The notes: generated from the sequence alone by a model not told the origin. A stretch of 33,107 bases of DNA from a virus (IMGVR_UViG_3300020045_001432:1-33107); one strand, 5' to 3'. Counted from the stretch's first letter, positions 16,196 to 25,487 are shown. Numbers and translations: made by a program.

Positions 16196-17037
16196 CTCGT
16201 AGTGACTTCGGTCTGGATGTGAGGAAATCCACCAAAGTTGACAACATTGTTAAATTTAGCCTTGCATGTAGCCAAGGTCTTATCGCAACCTGCAGTGATG
16301 CTGAATGTGTTACCGATGACGATATCAGCAATCGTAGGCAGGAAGAACTCAACGCTGGTGGTTCCTGTAACGGTATGTGCCTTTACTTCGTAGCTTAGTC
16401 CGTTGTTTGATCCACTTGTCCATGTCAGAATACCATTGGTGCATACACCATTTGCCTGCGACAGACCAGATGTGGTGAACTTTGTACGTTGCGAAGTGAT
16501 TGTGGCTACAGATCCAGTCCATGTGTATGATGCTTTGTTCAATGTGCAAGCACCAATATGAACAGTATCAAACTGGCTAAACAACTGATGACGGCAAGAA
16601 GCAGTGAACACAAAGTTGATGTTCTTTGTCAACTGACGCATGTGGCTTTGCATGTCAGCACGGAAACCATCAGCTGTCCATTGGATGACACCAAGGCGAC
16701 CTTTATCCACAATGAGGCGACCATATGCTGGATTCTTCCACGAACAGAATGCCACTTCAATGTCAGCATTGTCAAACTTACCAGCCAACAGGTCTGATTC
16801 AGGTGCATCTACCCACGCAGAACCAAACTCTTGGTTTGATACTTGGGAGTCGGTAGTTGCTGTTAGGTTTGTGCGTTTCAGTCCTGGTGCTGGAGTGTAC
16901 AATTGACCGTCTATAGTGATTGCCGAATCCAAATCAGTGTATCCGTAGGTTGATCCACTTGTCAGCGTCATCTTGATGATTACGGTGCGGTATCCAGCTA
17001 TGAAATCATTCTTCAAGTTTGCAGAGATAGTTCTCAT
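16192..17037 (-). CDS. Tail hub protein (DUF2163/BR0599-like)
   Basis: GYTDLD, SCRHQL and GCDKTLATCKAKFNNVVNFGGFPHI, the Cys motifs of this family. Confidence 0.9.
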   Translation of the reverse strand: MRTISANLKNDFIAGYRTVIIKMTLTSGSTYGYTDLDSAITIDGQLYTPAPGLKRTNLTATTDSQVSNQEFGSAWVDAPESDLLAGKFDNADIEVAFCSWKNPAYGRLIVDKGRLGVIQWTADGFRADMQSHMRQLTKNINFVFTASCRHQLFSQFDTVHIGACTLNKASYTWTGSVATITSQRTKFTTSGLSQANGVCTNGILTWTSGSNNGLSYEVKAHTVTGTTSVEFFLPTIADIVIGNTFSITAGCDKTLATCKAKFNNVVNFGGFPHIQTEVTTR

Positions 17038-17054
17038 TTAATTTTCCTTTGGTA

Positions 17055-17687
17055 TTACTCAAACACTTCAATAAGTTGGAAGTCTTCAAGCTGAACAACA
17101 GTTGGGACTACGTTGCATGTACCACCTAATGGTGACTTCTGCATCGCTGCAATGCTGAAACGAAGAGGACCAGCAAAACGTACAGTGCTGTATGTAGGAC
17201 CAGTAACAGTGATTACATCAGCAGGAACGGAACCAGTAATGGTAACATACGGAAGACCATTAGTACCATCAATGCCAGTATATGTAGCAGTGACCGTAAC
17301 GCCGTTCTTCTTGAACACCAGACCACTCATCACTGGGTTGAATACAGGATGGGTACCAGCTGTTGTAGTATCCCAAGGCAACGTCAAGTACCAAGTGTTT
17401 GTGCTACGGCTCGTCAGAGGGGTAGCGTTAAACTCAGGATATGTTGGATCTTGGAACAGGAACGACTTCAGTCCCATGTCTGTTTGACGTAGAAACTTAG
17501 TGATTGCAGTCTTATCTGCTTCAAGTAGGTAACGAGCAGGAATAGTCCACACGAACCGTTCCCACTTGTTTTGCTTACGGCGGACCTCACGAGCACCGTT
17601 TCCAGTGATCATGACTGGGTCCACAATTTCCTTGATAACACCATGCTTGAGTTTCAGTGTTGGGAAGATGATATTGGTAAATGCCAT
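17055..17687 (-). CDS. Distal tail protein (DUF2460-like)
   Basis: GAREVRRKQ, KSFLFQDP and VRF motifs; position directly after the tape measure. Confidence 0.75.
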   Translation of the reverse strand: MAFTNIIFPTLKLKHGVIKEIVDPVMITGNGAREVRRKQNKWERFVWTIPARYLLEADKTAITKFLRQTDMGLKSFLFQDPTYPEFNATPLTSRSTNTWYLTLPWDTTTAGTHPVFNPVMSGLVFKKNGVTVTATYTGIDGTNGLPYVTITGSVPADVITVTGPTYSTVRFAGPLRFSIAAMQKSPLGGTCNVVPTVVQLEDFQLIEVFE

Positions 17688-17692
17688 TTTTG

Positions 17693-20020
17693 TTATCCTA
17701 AGTTGTAAGCACGGTTAGTGCCGTTCATCATTTCTGCTAGTGGTCGCTTGATCTTATCAATTGCAGCGATCACTGATTGACTGTCCATTGCGGTAATGGC
17801 GAAGTTGACATTGTTACCACCAGCCATTGCCAGTGCAGATGTGTCAGGCAGAATTGTGCCACTACGATCAGGAACAAACAACTCAGCACGACGTTCACCA
17901 ACGATGTACGGTTGACCAGCGGAAACAGGGCCACCATCAGCACGCATACCAAACAATCCACCAATGATGGACGTTAATGCTGCGCCACCCGAACCGGATA
18001 CGCTTCCTGTGCGACCAAAGTCACCAAACAAAGTTTTGGCCAACTGAGCAGCCAGTGCTTCAGCTACCATCTTGTCCAACATCTGCTTGAACATTGAGCC
18101 AATATCCTTGAAATTACCTTGCATGATGCTGTAAAACACATCACCAAATGTTGACTGCAGTGTTCCGGCTACACCTGCCACCTTCTTATCAAACTCAGAC
18201 ACTTGGCTCTTCAATAGCTCCATTTTGGAACCATCAATCTTCTGCATTGCAAGAGCAAACTCCTGGGCCGAAATAGATCCTGCAGCCAACCACTTCCAAA
18301 CAAGTTCTTCTTGTGTTGCAAGTTCTGTCGTACGATCTCTAACATCACCAACTAACGAACGCCATGTTCCTACTTCTTCGTTAATCTTGCGTTGTGATTC
18401 TATCGTGTTTGCGTATCGCTTGGCTTCTTCGCTGCCTTGTGCAACAAACGCACTATACTGCTTCTGGCGGACAGCAATCTGTGCTTCAAGTTCTGATGCC
18501 TCTTTTGAGTTACCAGTAGTTAAAGCTACACGGTATGCCTCTTTTAATTGGTCCAGTGTTGCTAGTAATGTGTTCGCCGCTGCTCTGGTTGCAAGGTAAT
18601 TGTCTGCTGCTTGTTTTCCATACTCTTGTTCAATGCCCATAGCTACCCCGAGCTGGGCAGTAGTCATTGATAAGTCTCTATTCAACCGCAACAAGTCATT
18701 CTTTGCAGTAGCTTGTTCGCGCAAAGCCACTGTGTTCAGTCGGATCTTATCAACCTCAGCGGCCAGGTCACGCATTTTGCTTTGATGTTCAGCTGTACGG
18801 AAACCGACCACATTCTTGGCAATGTTGTATTCTACTTGCTGAGCGGCTGTTAGTTCTTTATATCCTTCGGATTCCTTGAGCATTGCAGCATATGCTTTGT
18901 CAAATGCCTTGGTTTCTTCATCCTTGGCATCCTTAGCAGCCTTGGACTTACCGGTGTAGTCACCCTTAGCGTTTGCAGCAGCGGTTGTAGCCTTTGCTTC
19001 TCTTTCCATTGGAGCAATGCCAGCGTCAAGTGATGCGCTAAAATCAGTATATGATGACCCTGCGGATTTTGCATCATCTCCAAAATCCGATATAATTTGC
19101 TTTGCACCCGCGAAGTCCTTGTTCAGTATAGCAACCGCGGCTGCTGCTAATGCACCAATTCCTTTACCGATGACATTAAACACCAGGACTACGCCGCCGC
19201 CAGCCTTAACTACCCACTTGAATACTTCACCAACACCCTTAGCAAAGTCTTTGAATCCTTCGCCTTTGGTAACAGCCTCAACCATTTGAGCAGCTAGGGC
19301 ATTCAATGTTGGTAGAACTTCCTTAGCAATACTCATACCAACACCGGTTGCAGCATTACCTACACGCGTTAGTGAATCGTTGAAGTTCTCAGCAGCCTTT
19401 GCAGTATCGGTAGAGATAATCAGACCAAGTTTTTCTGCTTCAATACGCAGTTCTTCAAGTCCGGCCTTACCGGAATTCAACATTGGGATTAGATCAGCAC
19501 CAGCCTTGCCAAAGATTTCCATGGCAACAGCAGACTTACTGGTTCCATCTGGTAGCTTGGACATGGACTCTGATACGTCCTTGAACACAGCATCAGCTTT
19601 ACGGAATGAACCGTCAGCGTTCTTTGTTTCAACACCAAGGTACTTGAAAGCGGCAGCGGCTGCAGTGGTTGGATCGTTTGCTTCAACGATGGACTTGTTG
19701 AGTTGGTTGAATCCTGTCTTCAGTTGTTCAAGGGAAACGTCACTGAGACCAGCTGCATAGTTTAATGCGGATAGTTCTTCAACAGAAAGACCAATCTTCT
19801 GTGCAGTCTTCCCCATCTCATCGGCGGCATTAATTGCATTCTTGGCCATTGCAGCCAACCCAGCACCGATTGCCATACCAGCGGCGGCACCCAAGGCGCC
19901 TGCGGCAACCGCAAAGCCTTTGATGGATGCACCAACTTGCTGTAGGTTCGTTTGAAACTTTTGTAGTTCAGGGGATGCTTTATCAACAACCTCTAACAGA
20001 ATTTTTACGGAATCACTCAT
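17693..20020 (-). CDS. Tail tape measure protein, 775 aa
   Basis: Ala-rich helical protein with IFGKAGADLIPMLN and C-terminal RADGGPV...YIVGERRAELFVP. Confidence 0.95.
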   Translation of the reverse strand: MSDSVKILLEVVDKASPELQKFQTNLQQVGASIKGFAVAAGALGAAAGMAIGAGLAAMAKNAINAADEMGKTAQKIGLSVEELSALNYAAGLSDVSLEQLKTGFNQLNKSIVEANDPTTAAAAAFKYLGVETKNADGSFRKADAVFKDVSESMSKLPDGTSKSAVAMEIFGKAGADLIPMLNSGKAGLEELRIEAEKLGLIISTDTAKAAENFNDSLTRVGNAATGVGMSIAKEVLPTLNALAAQMVEAVTKGEGFKDFAKGVGEVFKWVVKAGGGVVLVFNVIGKGIGALAAAAVAILNKDFAGAKQIISDFGDDAKSAGSSYTDFSASLDAGIAPMEREAKATTAAANAKGDYTGKSKAAKDAKDEETKAFDKAYAAMLKESEGYKELTAAQQVEYNIAKNVVGFRTAEHQSKMRDLAAEVDKIRLNTVALREQATAKNDLLRLNRDLSMTTAQLGVAMGIEQEYGKQAADNYLATRAAANTLLATLDQLKEAYRVALTTGNSKEASELEAQIAVRQKQYSAFVAQGSEEAKRYANTIESQRKINEEVGTWRSLVGDVRDRTTELATQEELVWKWLAAGSISAQEFALAMQKIDGSKMELLKSQVSEFDKKVAGVAGTLQSTFGDVFYSIMQGNFKDIGSMFKQMLDKMVAEALAAQLAKTLFGDFGRTGSVSGSGGAALTSIIGGLFGMRADGGPVSAGQPYIVGERRAELFVPDRSGTILPDTSALAMAGGNNVNFAITAMDSQSVIAAIDKIKRPLAEMMNGTNRAYNLG

Positions 20021-20289
20021 TTTATCTCTCTTCGTAGGTCACGTGTTTGCTTTTGATAATCTTTTTGGTCAGCATGAAAAGCAAAACGCAACTGATCCAT
20101 TGATAGCAACTGATCAATGGATGTGCGTTTTGAGATAGCAGGGACGAATAGGTTGATTTGGTCAAGGGACATATCGTAAATCTCAGCCATACTAAAGTTG
20201 GCCTTCTTTAACGATATTACGACGTCTGTCCAGCTTGAATCGCTTCCATCTTGCTGTTGAGTGTCGGAAGCACCTTTTGGACGAAAAAA
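20017..20289 (-). CDS. Tail assembly chaperone extension (gpT-like) reached by -1 frameshift
   Basis: The -1 frame is open from the slippery site TTTTTTC (20289-20283) to TGA at 20017, which overlaps the tape measure ATG. Confidence 0.75.
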   Translation of the reverse strand, partial: FFRPKGASDTQQQDGSDSSWTDVVISLKKANFSMAEIYDMSLDQINLFVPAISKRTSIDQLLSMDQLRFAFHADQKDYQKQTRDLRREIK

Positions 20290-20606
20290 CTTGCATTTAC
20301 CTCAACAATAGCTGTAAACAAGTCAATGCCTTCATCCAGTTCCAGGTCTTCAATCCATTCACGAGATTGTTTGGAGCCGATTACCATTAAATCAATAATT
20401 CCATCTCCACCATTTGCTACCAAGCCAGTAATAACCTCAATTTGGTTACCACCGCCACTTAGTGCTTCAAATAGCGCTTTTGAAATTGGATCAATTGCTT
20501 TAAAAACTTTTGGAAGCTCACCAAACTTGAAAGGCTTGATGGTGAGGTTTGCGTCGCGTATATTGAGTTCCTTGCCTTGAGGAATTAGTACATTTAGTTC
20601 AGACAT
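20217..20606 (-). CDS. Tail assembly chaperone (gpG-like)
   Basis: Between tail tube and tape measure; contains IVEVNASFF; GGAG RBS. Confidence 0.8.
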   Translation of the reverse strand: MSELNVLIPQGKELNIRDANLTIKPFKFGELPKVFKAIDPISKALFEALSGGGNQIEVITGLVANGGDGIIDLMVIGSKQSREWIEDLELDEGIDLFTAIVEVNASFFVQKVLPTLNSKMEAIQAGQTS

Positions 20607-20642
20607 TTAATTTAGCTCCTGTATTTGCTGCTGTTTAATTTG

Positions 20643-20711
20643 TGGACCATAAGGGAATCGGACCCTTCGGAGATTGCATGCAAAGCATTCTTGTACCCCA
20701 GTACATAGCCC
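20643..20711 (-). tRNA. Non-canonical tRNA-Ala(TGC)-like gene, 69 nt
   Basis: Acceptor stem GGGCTAT/ATGGTCC with G3:U70 and A73; anticodon loop TT-TGC-AT; T-arm AAGGG-TCCGATT-CCCTT; mini D-arm GTAC-TGGG-GTAC. Confidence 0.7.
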
Positions 20712-20730
20712 AATTCATCGTTACTGGATC

Positions 20731-20737
20731 TATTTAT
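20731..20737 (-). promoter_or_regulatory. ATAAATA motif upstream of the tRNA-like gene
   Basis: 19 nt before the tRNA 5' end and just downstream of a terminator. Confidence 0.65.
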
Positions 20738-20749
20738 GCATCATCCAGA

Positions 20750-20780
20750 TAAAGGGAGAGCCGACATTGCATCGGCTCTC
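20750..20780 (-). terminator. Intrinsic terminator after the tail tube gene
   Basis: GAGAGCCGA/TCGGCTCTC 9-bp stem followed by CCTTTA. Confidence 0.6.
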
Positions 20781-20807
20781 AATCCTCAGAACAGGAGATT
20801 CGTTGGA

Positions 20808-21566
20808 TTAAACTTCTTTGACGATTGTCATGTACTGCGAATCGCCAACACCAGCTGTACCATCAGGAAGAACCATACCCGACATGGTGAACTTGTTGAC
20901 TTCTGTACCGATCAGGCTCAGCGTTTCAGCCATGTTCAGAGAAACACGGTTGATCTTTGCAATAACAGCCTTCTTGGTTGCCAGGTTAATACCTTCAAAG
21001 CGGAATGCGTATTCAGCAACCGTTTGTGTGTTAGCTTCAACCTTCTCGTATGCGGAGAATGTGTAGTCAACGGTCAGATCCCAAGGAGCTGCGCCACCCA
21101 GGTTAGATGCGGAGACCAGAGTGATCGTACCATTCTTTGCATCAACAGTGTAGTCAGTACCAACGGTTAGAGTCGTTGCACCCTTTTGAACCACAACAGC
21201 AGCAATGCCTGGGTTCTTTACAGGGATGATCTGGTTCAGAGCGTAGCCAGTAACAGCTTCGTCAGTAACAGTACCAGAAACAACAGCGGAAGCGGAACCG
21301 TAGAAAGCACGGGCCAGGTTTTCCTTTGTGAAGCTCTTTGCATCTACAGCGAATTCCCAGTCATTGCTGATTGGCACGTGAAGAGCGATGGAGCGGTTAC
21401 CGGAGCATGATTCATAGTCATCAACGAAGTCTTGAGATACGTTGATTTCCAGACGCTCGGTGTCACCAAGTTCAGTCCAACCACCATTGATAGCGCCGTT
21501 AGAAGCGCGTGGTGCTACGAAGACCTTACCTTGGCCAATGAAACGTTCAGTTGTGCAAGTTGCCAT
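20808..21566 (-). CDS. Major tail tube protein
   Basis: FIGQGKVFVA...ELGDTERLEI...ENLARAFYG...FRFEGINLA; position in the tail module. Confidence 0.85.
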   Translation of the reverse strand: MATCTTERFIGQGKVFVAPRASNGAINGGWTELGDTERLEINVSQDFVDDYESCSGNRSIALHVPISNDWEFAVDAKSFTKENLARAFYGSASAVVSGTVTDEAVTGYALNQIIPVKNPGIAAVVVQKGATTLTVGTDYTVDAKNGTITLVSASNLGGAAPWDLTVDYTFSAYEKVEANTQTVAEYAFRFEGINLATKKAVIAKINRVSLNMAETLSLIGTEVNKFTMSGMVLPDGTAGVGDSQYMTIVKEV

Positions 21567-21611
21567 AATTATTCATCCTTTTTTCATGAAATGTGAATTG
21601 TTTAACGTGGG

Positions 21612-21619
21612 TATTTATA
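21612..21619 (-). promoter_or_regulatory. TATAAATA, exact T4 late promoter consensus
   Basis: About 45 nt before the tail tube ATG. Confidence 0.7.
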
Positions 21620-22046
21620 ATATCGTCACGATTGAGTAACGTTGGTCAAATACCATACGTGTACCTGTTAGTTCATCAAGAGTCTGACCTTCATACTTCC
21701 ACCGCTTAGCGCCAAGTGGGCCACCCTGGCCATGTATAGCGTTAATCACTTCTTCAAAAAGTGGGTATTGGTTGGTAAGTAGATCTGATTCAGTTTGGTA
21801 GTCCACAATCAGCTTAACCACAAAGTTAAGTCTAATGTTTGCACCACATGAACCCTCTTGTCCATCTTCAAGGTTTTCGTCACCGACAAAAATTATCCAT
21901 GCAGCTGGGCGGTCAACTTTCTCCATCATCGGGTCCATACCCTTAGCACCAGCAGCCAAACCAACACGCTTAACTGGGGTACCAAATGGATTGGTTGATA
22001 TTGCTTTGATCTTTGTGACCAAATCTTGTGCGATTTCAGAGATCAT
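21615..22046 (-). CDS. Tail terminator/completion protein (Mu gp37-like)
   Basis: Position in the neck module; RPAAWIIFVGD motif. Confidence 0.65.
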   Translation of the reverse strand: MISEIAQDLVTKIKAISTNPFGTPVKRVGLAAGAKGMDPMMEKVDRPAAWIIFVGDENLEDGQEGSCGANIRLNFVVKLIVDYQTESDLLTNQYPLFEEVINAIHGQGGPLGAKRWKYEGQTLDELTGTRMVFDQRYSIVTIL

Positions 22047-22462
22047 TGAGTGTTATCCTGTAATATTTTCTTGATTTTATTTATGTCAGCTTGACTCCAA
22101 CCCAGGAATGGACGAGCAGGCATCTTCGGAGTACCGAATTGAAGGTACTTTGCATATCCAACATTACTGTAGATGGTTAGTGTCTTCTCACTGATTCGGT
22201 ATTCAATGCTGTTGTTCAATGCACCTGTGCGGAATAACAAAGAACCACCCTTACCACGGTTAGCACGAATGGTAGCCATAGACCAAGGAGCCCATGGTTG
22301 ACCATCAGGCCCAGTCTTTGATTGGGTGATACGGTGCTTGGTTGCATCTACCCCCATCTTCGCTACTTCTTCCAGCGTCTTCTGTGGAGCTCGCTGGATT
22401 GTGGTTATGCGATTACGGGTACTTTGCAATCCATCCGTACGGGTGGTTATGTTGAATCTCAT
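22043..22462 (-). CDS. Virion morphogenesis protein (Mu gpG/P2 gpS-like)
   Basis: GPDGQPWAPWS...LFRTGALNNSI...YAKYLQFGT..MPARPFLG. Confidence 0.9.
   Translation of the reverse strand: MRFNITTRTDGLQSTRNRITTIQRAPQKTLEEVAKMGVDATKHRITQSKTGPDGQPWAPWSMATIRANRGKGGSLLFRTGALNNSIEYRISEKTLTIYSNVGYAKYLQFGTPKMPARPFLGWSQADINKIKKILQDNTQ
22078..22084 (-). promoter_or_regulatory. ATAAATA motif
   Basis: About 31 nt before the ATG at 22046. Confidence 0.55.
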
Positions 22463-23106
22463 TGTGCTGTGCTAAATTCCTGAACTTCAATATTCACTGC
22501 ATTACCAACCGTTGAATAATCATAGCTGGTTATGTCACCACGGAAACCATTCTGGTCCGTAACAGTTTGTCCCATTAACATAGACGAAGCTGGCAGTGAT
22601 GTGATGATGGATGCAACACGAATGCCTGATTGTGCAAGGTTACGACCTGGAACCATGCCTGACTTTGACGTGGAACTAAAGCTAACAAGAGCTGGCAAGT
22701 TACGGGCGGTGTATGTGGTTGCATCAGGTGCGAAACCATCACCATCATTTCCATAACCAATTGTTTGGATATCTACACGATCTGGTAGCTCAATAACTAA
22801 TACTGGCTGGTGAGGCTGGCGGGATAGAATCAAGAATGTGCGGCCTTGATCTTCACTGTACATGAAGTCGCCCTCTTGTATCTGAGCAGCATCGGTGTAA
22901 GCTGTGTAAACGGGTGTCTGCCACTCAAGAGCTTTAGTGTATGAGTCGTTCAGTGTCACGGTCAGCTTGATGGCATCAATGAAATTTGCATCATCAAGCA
23001 CATCAACATTGCGGAGTGGGCGATACAGGTTGAATGTGTATCCTAGCTTGTTACCAATCTTCTTGTGGGCAACATCTAACTTACGTTGAATTGATTCGGC
23101 GCTCAT
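22459..23106 (-). CDS. Probable head-closure/neck protein
   Basis: Position before the morphogenesis gene; LGYTFNLYRP N-terminus. Confidence 0.55.
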   Translation of the reverse strand: MSAESIQRKLDVAHKKIGNKLGYTFNLYRPLRNVDVLDDANFIDAIKLTVTLNDSYTKALEWQTPVYTAYTDAAQIQEGDFMYSEDQGRTFLILSRQPHQPVLVIELPDRVDIQTIGYGNDGDGFAPDATTYTARNLPALVSFSSTSKSGMVPGRNLAQSGIRVASIITSLPASSMLMGQTVTDQNGFRGDITSYDYSTVGNAVNIEVQEFSTAQ

Positions 23107-23246
23107 TATAGGTCCTTTTGTTGAGCCATAATGGCCTTTTGTTGTTGGATGGCACGCTTCTTACCATTTTTTCCAATGTATACTTTGCCAGTCTGGCCAA
23201 CTCGCCAACCAACCTTGCCGTTCACTTGTACTCTAACTAGTGGCAT
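23106..23246 (-). CDS. Small basic protein, 46 aa
   Basis: Translated by hand as MPLVRVQVNGKVGWRVGQTGKVYIGKNGKKRAIQQQKAIMAQQKDL. GAGGAA RBS, TAATG coupling, upstream ATAAATA. Confidence 0.75.
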   Translation of the reverse strand: MPLVRVQVNGKVGWRVGQTGKVYIGKNGKKRAIQQQKAIMAQQKDL

Positions 23247-23265
23247 GTGTGTTCCTCATTTGCTG

Positions 23266-23272
23266 TATTTAT
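23266..23272 (-). promoter_or_regulatory. ATAAATA motif
   Basis: 19 nt before the ATG at 23246. Confidence 0.65.
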
Positions 23273-23532
23273 GGTTTAGGAGTTTCATCATCTTGTGATG
23301 TAGTTGGTGCTGATTTATCAAACAACCGGATCAGCGTTCTGTTACCAATCACAACAACACCAAATAGTGCCCAAATCATAACATCAACATTAGTACCATG
23401 CATAACGGCAAACACAAATGTAAAGCATAAGCAACCATACCCAACGTTAGACCAAAACTTAGTATGCGATGGCTTACCTGTTCTTTGGTCTAACATTAGC
23501 ATTGAGAAGATGGTTGCGAACAGCTTCTTCAT
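23269..23532 (-). CDS. Holin-like membrane protein (DUF2644-like)
   Basis: RTGKPSHTKFWSNVG motif plus two hydrophobic segments. Confidence 0.65.
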   Translation of the reverse strand: MKKLFATIFSMLMLDQRTGKPSHTKFWSNVGYGCLCFTFVFAVMHGTNVDVMIWALFGVVVIGNRTLIRLFDKSAPTTSQDDETPKP

Positions 23533-23936
23533 TTCTTTTCCGTTTGTGATTGGTACATTGGAGCGGATCCTTGTTGCACTACATCATGTGTCACATTGTT
23601 CCACGTGGCTACAGCAATGTACATAGCGATTGCCCCTGATATGATTAGGACAGCGTTCTTAATAACCTCAAACTTCATCTTTTTCAAGAACTCGGTGCGG
23701 GCGGTCTCTTCTACGATTTTCATACGTGCCCATGAGTGGTGTTCTTTGTGTTCAACAGGATTAAAGTCACCAAAGTGATCTTTGAATAGCTGTTCAATTC
23801 GTGTATGGAACCCACGATCTTCTGTGATGTATCGGTCAATGTGTGTGCATAGTTTTTCTACTGTGCCTTGTACTTCAATCAGACCATTACGTCGTTCGGA
23901 TTCAGGTAGCTTTTCTGGGGTGTCGTCTTGGTGCAT
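23529..23936 (-). CDS. Single-TM membrane protein (holin/antiholin-like)
   Basis: ERR N-terminus, EHKEHH and one C-terminal TM helix. Confidence 0.55.
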   Translation of the reverse strand: MHQDDTPEKLPESERRNGLIEVQGTVEKLCTHIDRYITEDRGFHTRIEQLFKDHFGDFNPVEHKEHHSWARMKIVEETARTEFLKKMKFEVIKNAVLIISGAIAMYIAVATWNNVTHDVVQQGSAPMYQSQTEKK

Positions 23937-23951
23937 TTGTTTTTCCTTAGG

Positions 23952-23984
23952 TTGGTCTAAATTACGGTTAGGTATTTAGACCAA
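23952..23984. promoter_or_regulatory. 11-bp inverted repeat overlapping a CTAAATA promoter variant
   Basis: TTGGTCTAAAT (23952-23962) and ATTTAGACCAA (23974-23984). Confidence 0.5.
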
Positions 23985-24002
23985 ATCCCTCAAATGATGC
24001 TG

Positions 24003-25424
24003 TTAGAACGTCTTTTCAATGTATAAGCTCATGATGTCAATACCAACAGCTGTGGCTTGAGTAGCACCAGTACTGCGGATTGCCTGTGGAGCTAGCAATG
24101 TTCCTGAGTTTGGTGATAATCCGGTTAATGAGAAAGTTCCTCGTGCAGTATCACCAGTATTGAGACGAATAACTTCATATTCAACATTAGCTGTGTCAAA
24201 TGGGCTAGAAAACAGGCGAACTTCATACACTGACGTCTTATCAACAGGGAAGTTCGCGCCGAGGTCTACATCTGTTCCCAAGGAGCCGCCAGCGCACCGG
24301 ATCTTGAAGTTTGTACCACCTGCATCTTGGATTAGACCAAAACAAGCCGTTGTTGGCAATGCAGTTAATGGCCCAGATTGTGTGGTCATACCCACAAACA
24401 TCCAACGGCCTGTAGACACCAGTGTCACATCAGACACAGCAAATCGGTAGACCATATAAAACCCACCCAACCCAGTACCATCACCCAGTGTCCATTGACG
24501 AACAGTCCACGACTGACCACATTGAGTATTAATGGTAGCTGCAGTAACATAACCAAGGCGACGTGTACGATTGACAGCAGACGTTGATGCAGTTGTGCGG
24601 GCAGTTGCTGTGCCATTTGCAGTCGGAGCTACCAATCCCAACACACCTGGGACGGTGGTTGCATTGCCTGGAGGATTCCACCAACCGATGTCCTTAGAAC
24701 CAAAATGTGGTTGTAGAAGATCATCAGCTGCACCACCAATACCCAAGTCCGGATGCTTCACGGAGATTGATGGATAAGCAGAGTTGCTCTTGTAGATGAC
24801 AATGTTACTATTTGATGATGGTACCGATGGTGATGATGTTTGTACCAGTTCAAGATCGCCAGTTGCAGTAATCTTTGATCCAGATACCCCACCAAATGCG
24901 CCAGCGTTGTTGTATTGAAGCTGGCCAGTTGATCCAGCTGGGGAGGCAGAAACAGTAGCCCACGATGAATCAGTACCGTTGGTTGTAAGGAACTTACCTG
25001 AATTTGAGGTTTGTGATGGAAGGATTGCGTTTGCAGCAGCATTTTGAGTCGTTGCGCCGGTACCACCCTTGTTCAATGCCAATGTGCCAGCCAAATTGCC
25101 GATAGCAACACTGCCTGGTTGGAATGTGACAGTTGGGTTTCCACTAGTACCATCAGCGTTTGTGACAGTAATAGCACCATCACCAGATGCTATGGTGCGA
25201 TATTGTGGCGATCCACCGGCGCCGCAGATAATGCCAGTACCAAGACTGTTTGCATTCGTAAAGTCAGCACGCATCATTTCAATAATGCTATCAGAGCCAG
25301 CATTACGTTTGATGTATAGTTTGCCGTCATATGTGTTGACAGCGATTTCACCTAATGATAGGTCAGTAGTTGCAGGAACTTTTCCTGGAACAGCACTACG
25401 TTTTAGTACTATTGTATTAGCCAT
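24003..25424 (-). CDS. Fibre protein with MANTIxxKRS-type N-terminal anchor
   Basis: MANTIVLKRS...LSLGEIAVNTYDGKLY; G/T/S-rich shaft; lectin-like C-terminus. Confidence 0.75.
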   Translation of the reverse strand: MANTIVLKRSAVPGKVPATTDLSLGEIAVNTYDGKLYIKRNAGSDSIIEMMRADFTNANSLGTGIICGAGGSPQYRTIASGDGAITVTNADGTSGNPTVTFQPGSVAIGNLAGTLALNKGGTGATTQNAAANAILPSQTSNSGKFLTTNGTDSSWATVSASPAGSTGQLQYNNAGAFGGVSGSKITATGDLELVQTSSPSVPSSNSNIVIYKSNSAYPSISVKHPDLGIGGAADDLLQPHFGSKDIGWWNPPGNATTVPGVLGLVAPTANGTATARTTASTSAVNRTRRLGYVTAATINTQCGQSWTVRQWTLGDGTGLGGFYMVYRFAVSDVTLVSTGRWMFVGMTTQSGPLTALPTTACFGLIQDAGGTNFKIRCAGGSLGTDVDLGANFPVDKTSVYEVRLFSSPFDTANVEYEVIRLNTGDTARGTFSLTGLSPNSGTLLAPQAIRSTGATQATAVGIDIMSLYIEKTF

Positions 25425-25442
25425 ATGGCACTCCTGAAAGTA

Positions 25443-25468
25443 AGAAAGGGAGAATATTCTCCCTTTCT
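25443..25468. repeat. Perfect 26-bp palindrome (terminator or operator)
   Basis: AGAAAGGGAGAAT|ATTCTCCCTTTCT. Confidence 0.7.
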
Positions 25469-25487
25469 ATTTACTCGCATTGTTAGG

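Noticed and set aside
20643-20711. tRNA-like sequence as an attP remnant
   Set aside because: There is no integrase, and the element is a full cloverleaf with its own promoter rather than a 3' fragment. Integration in trans cannot be excluded.
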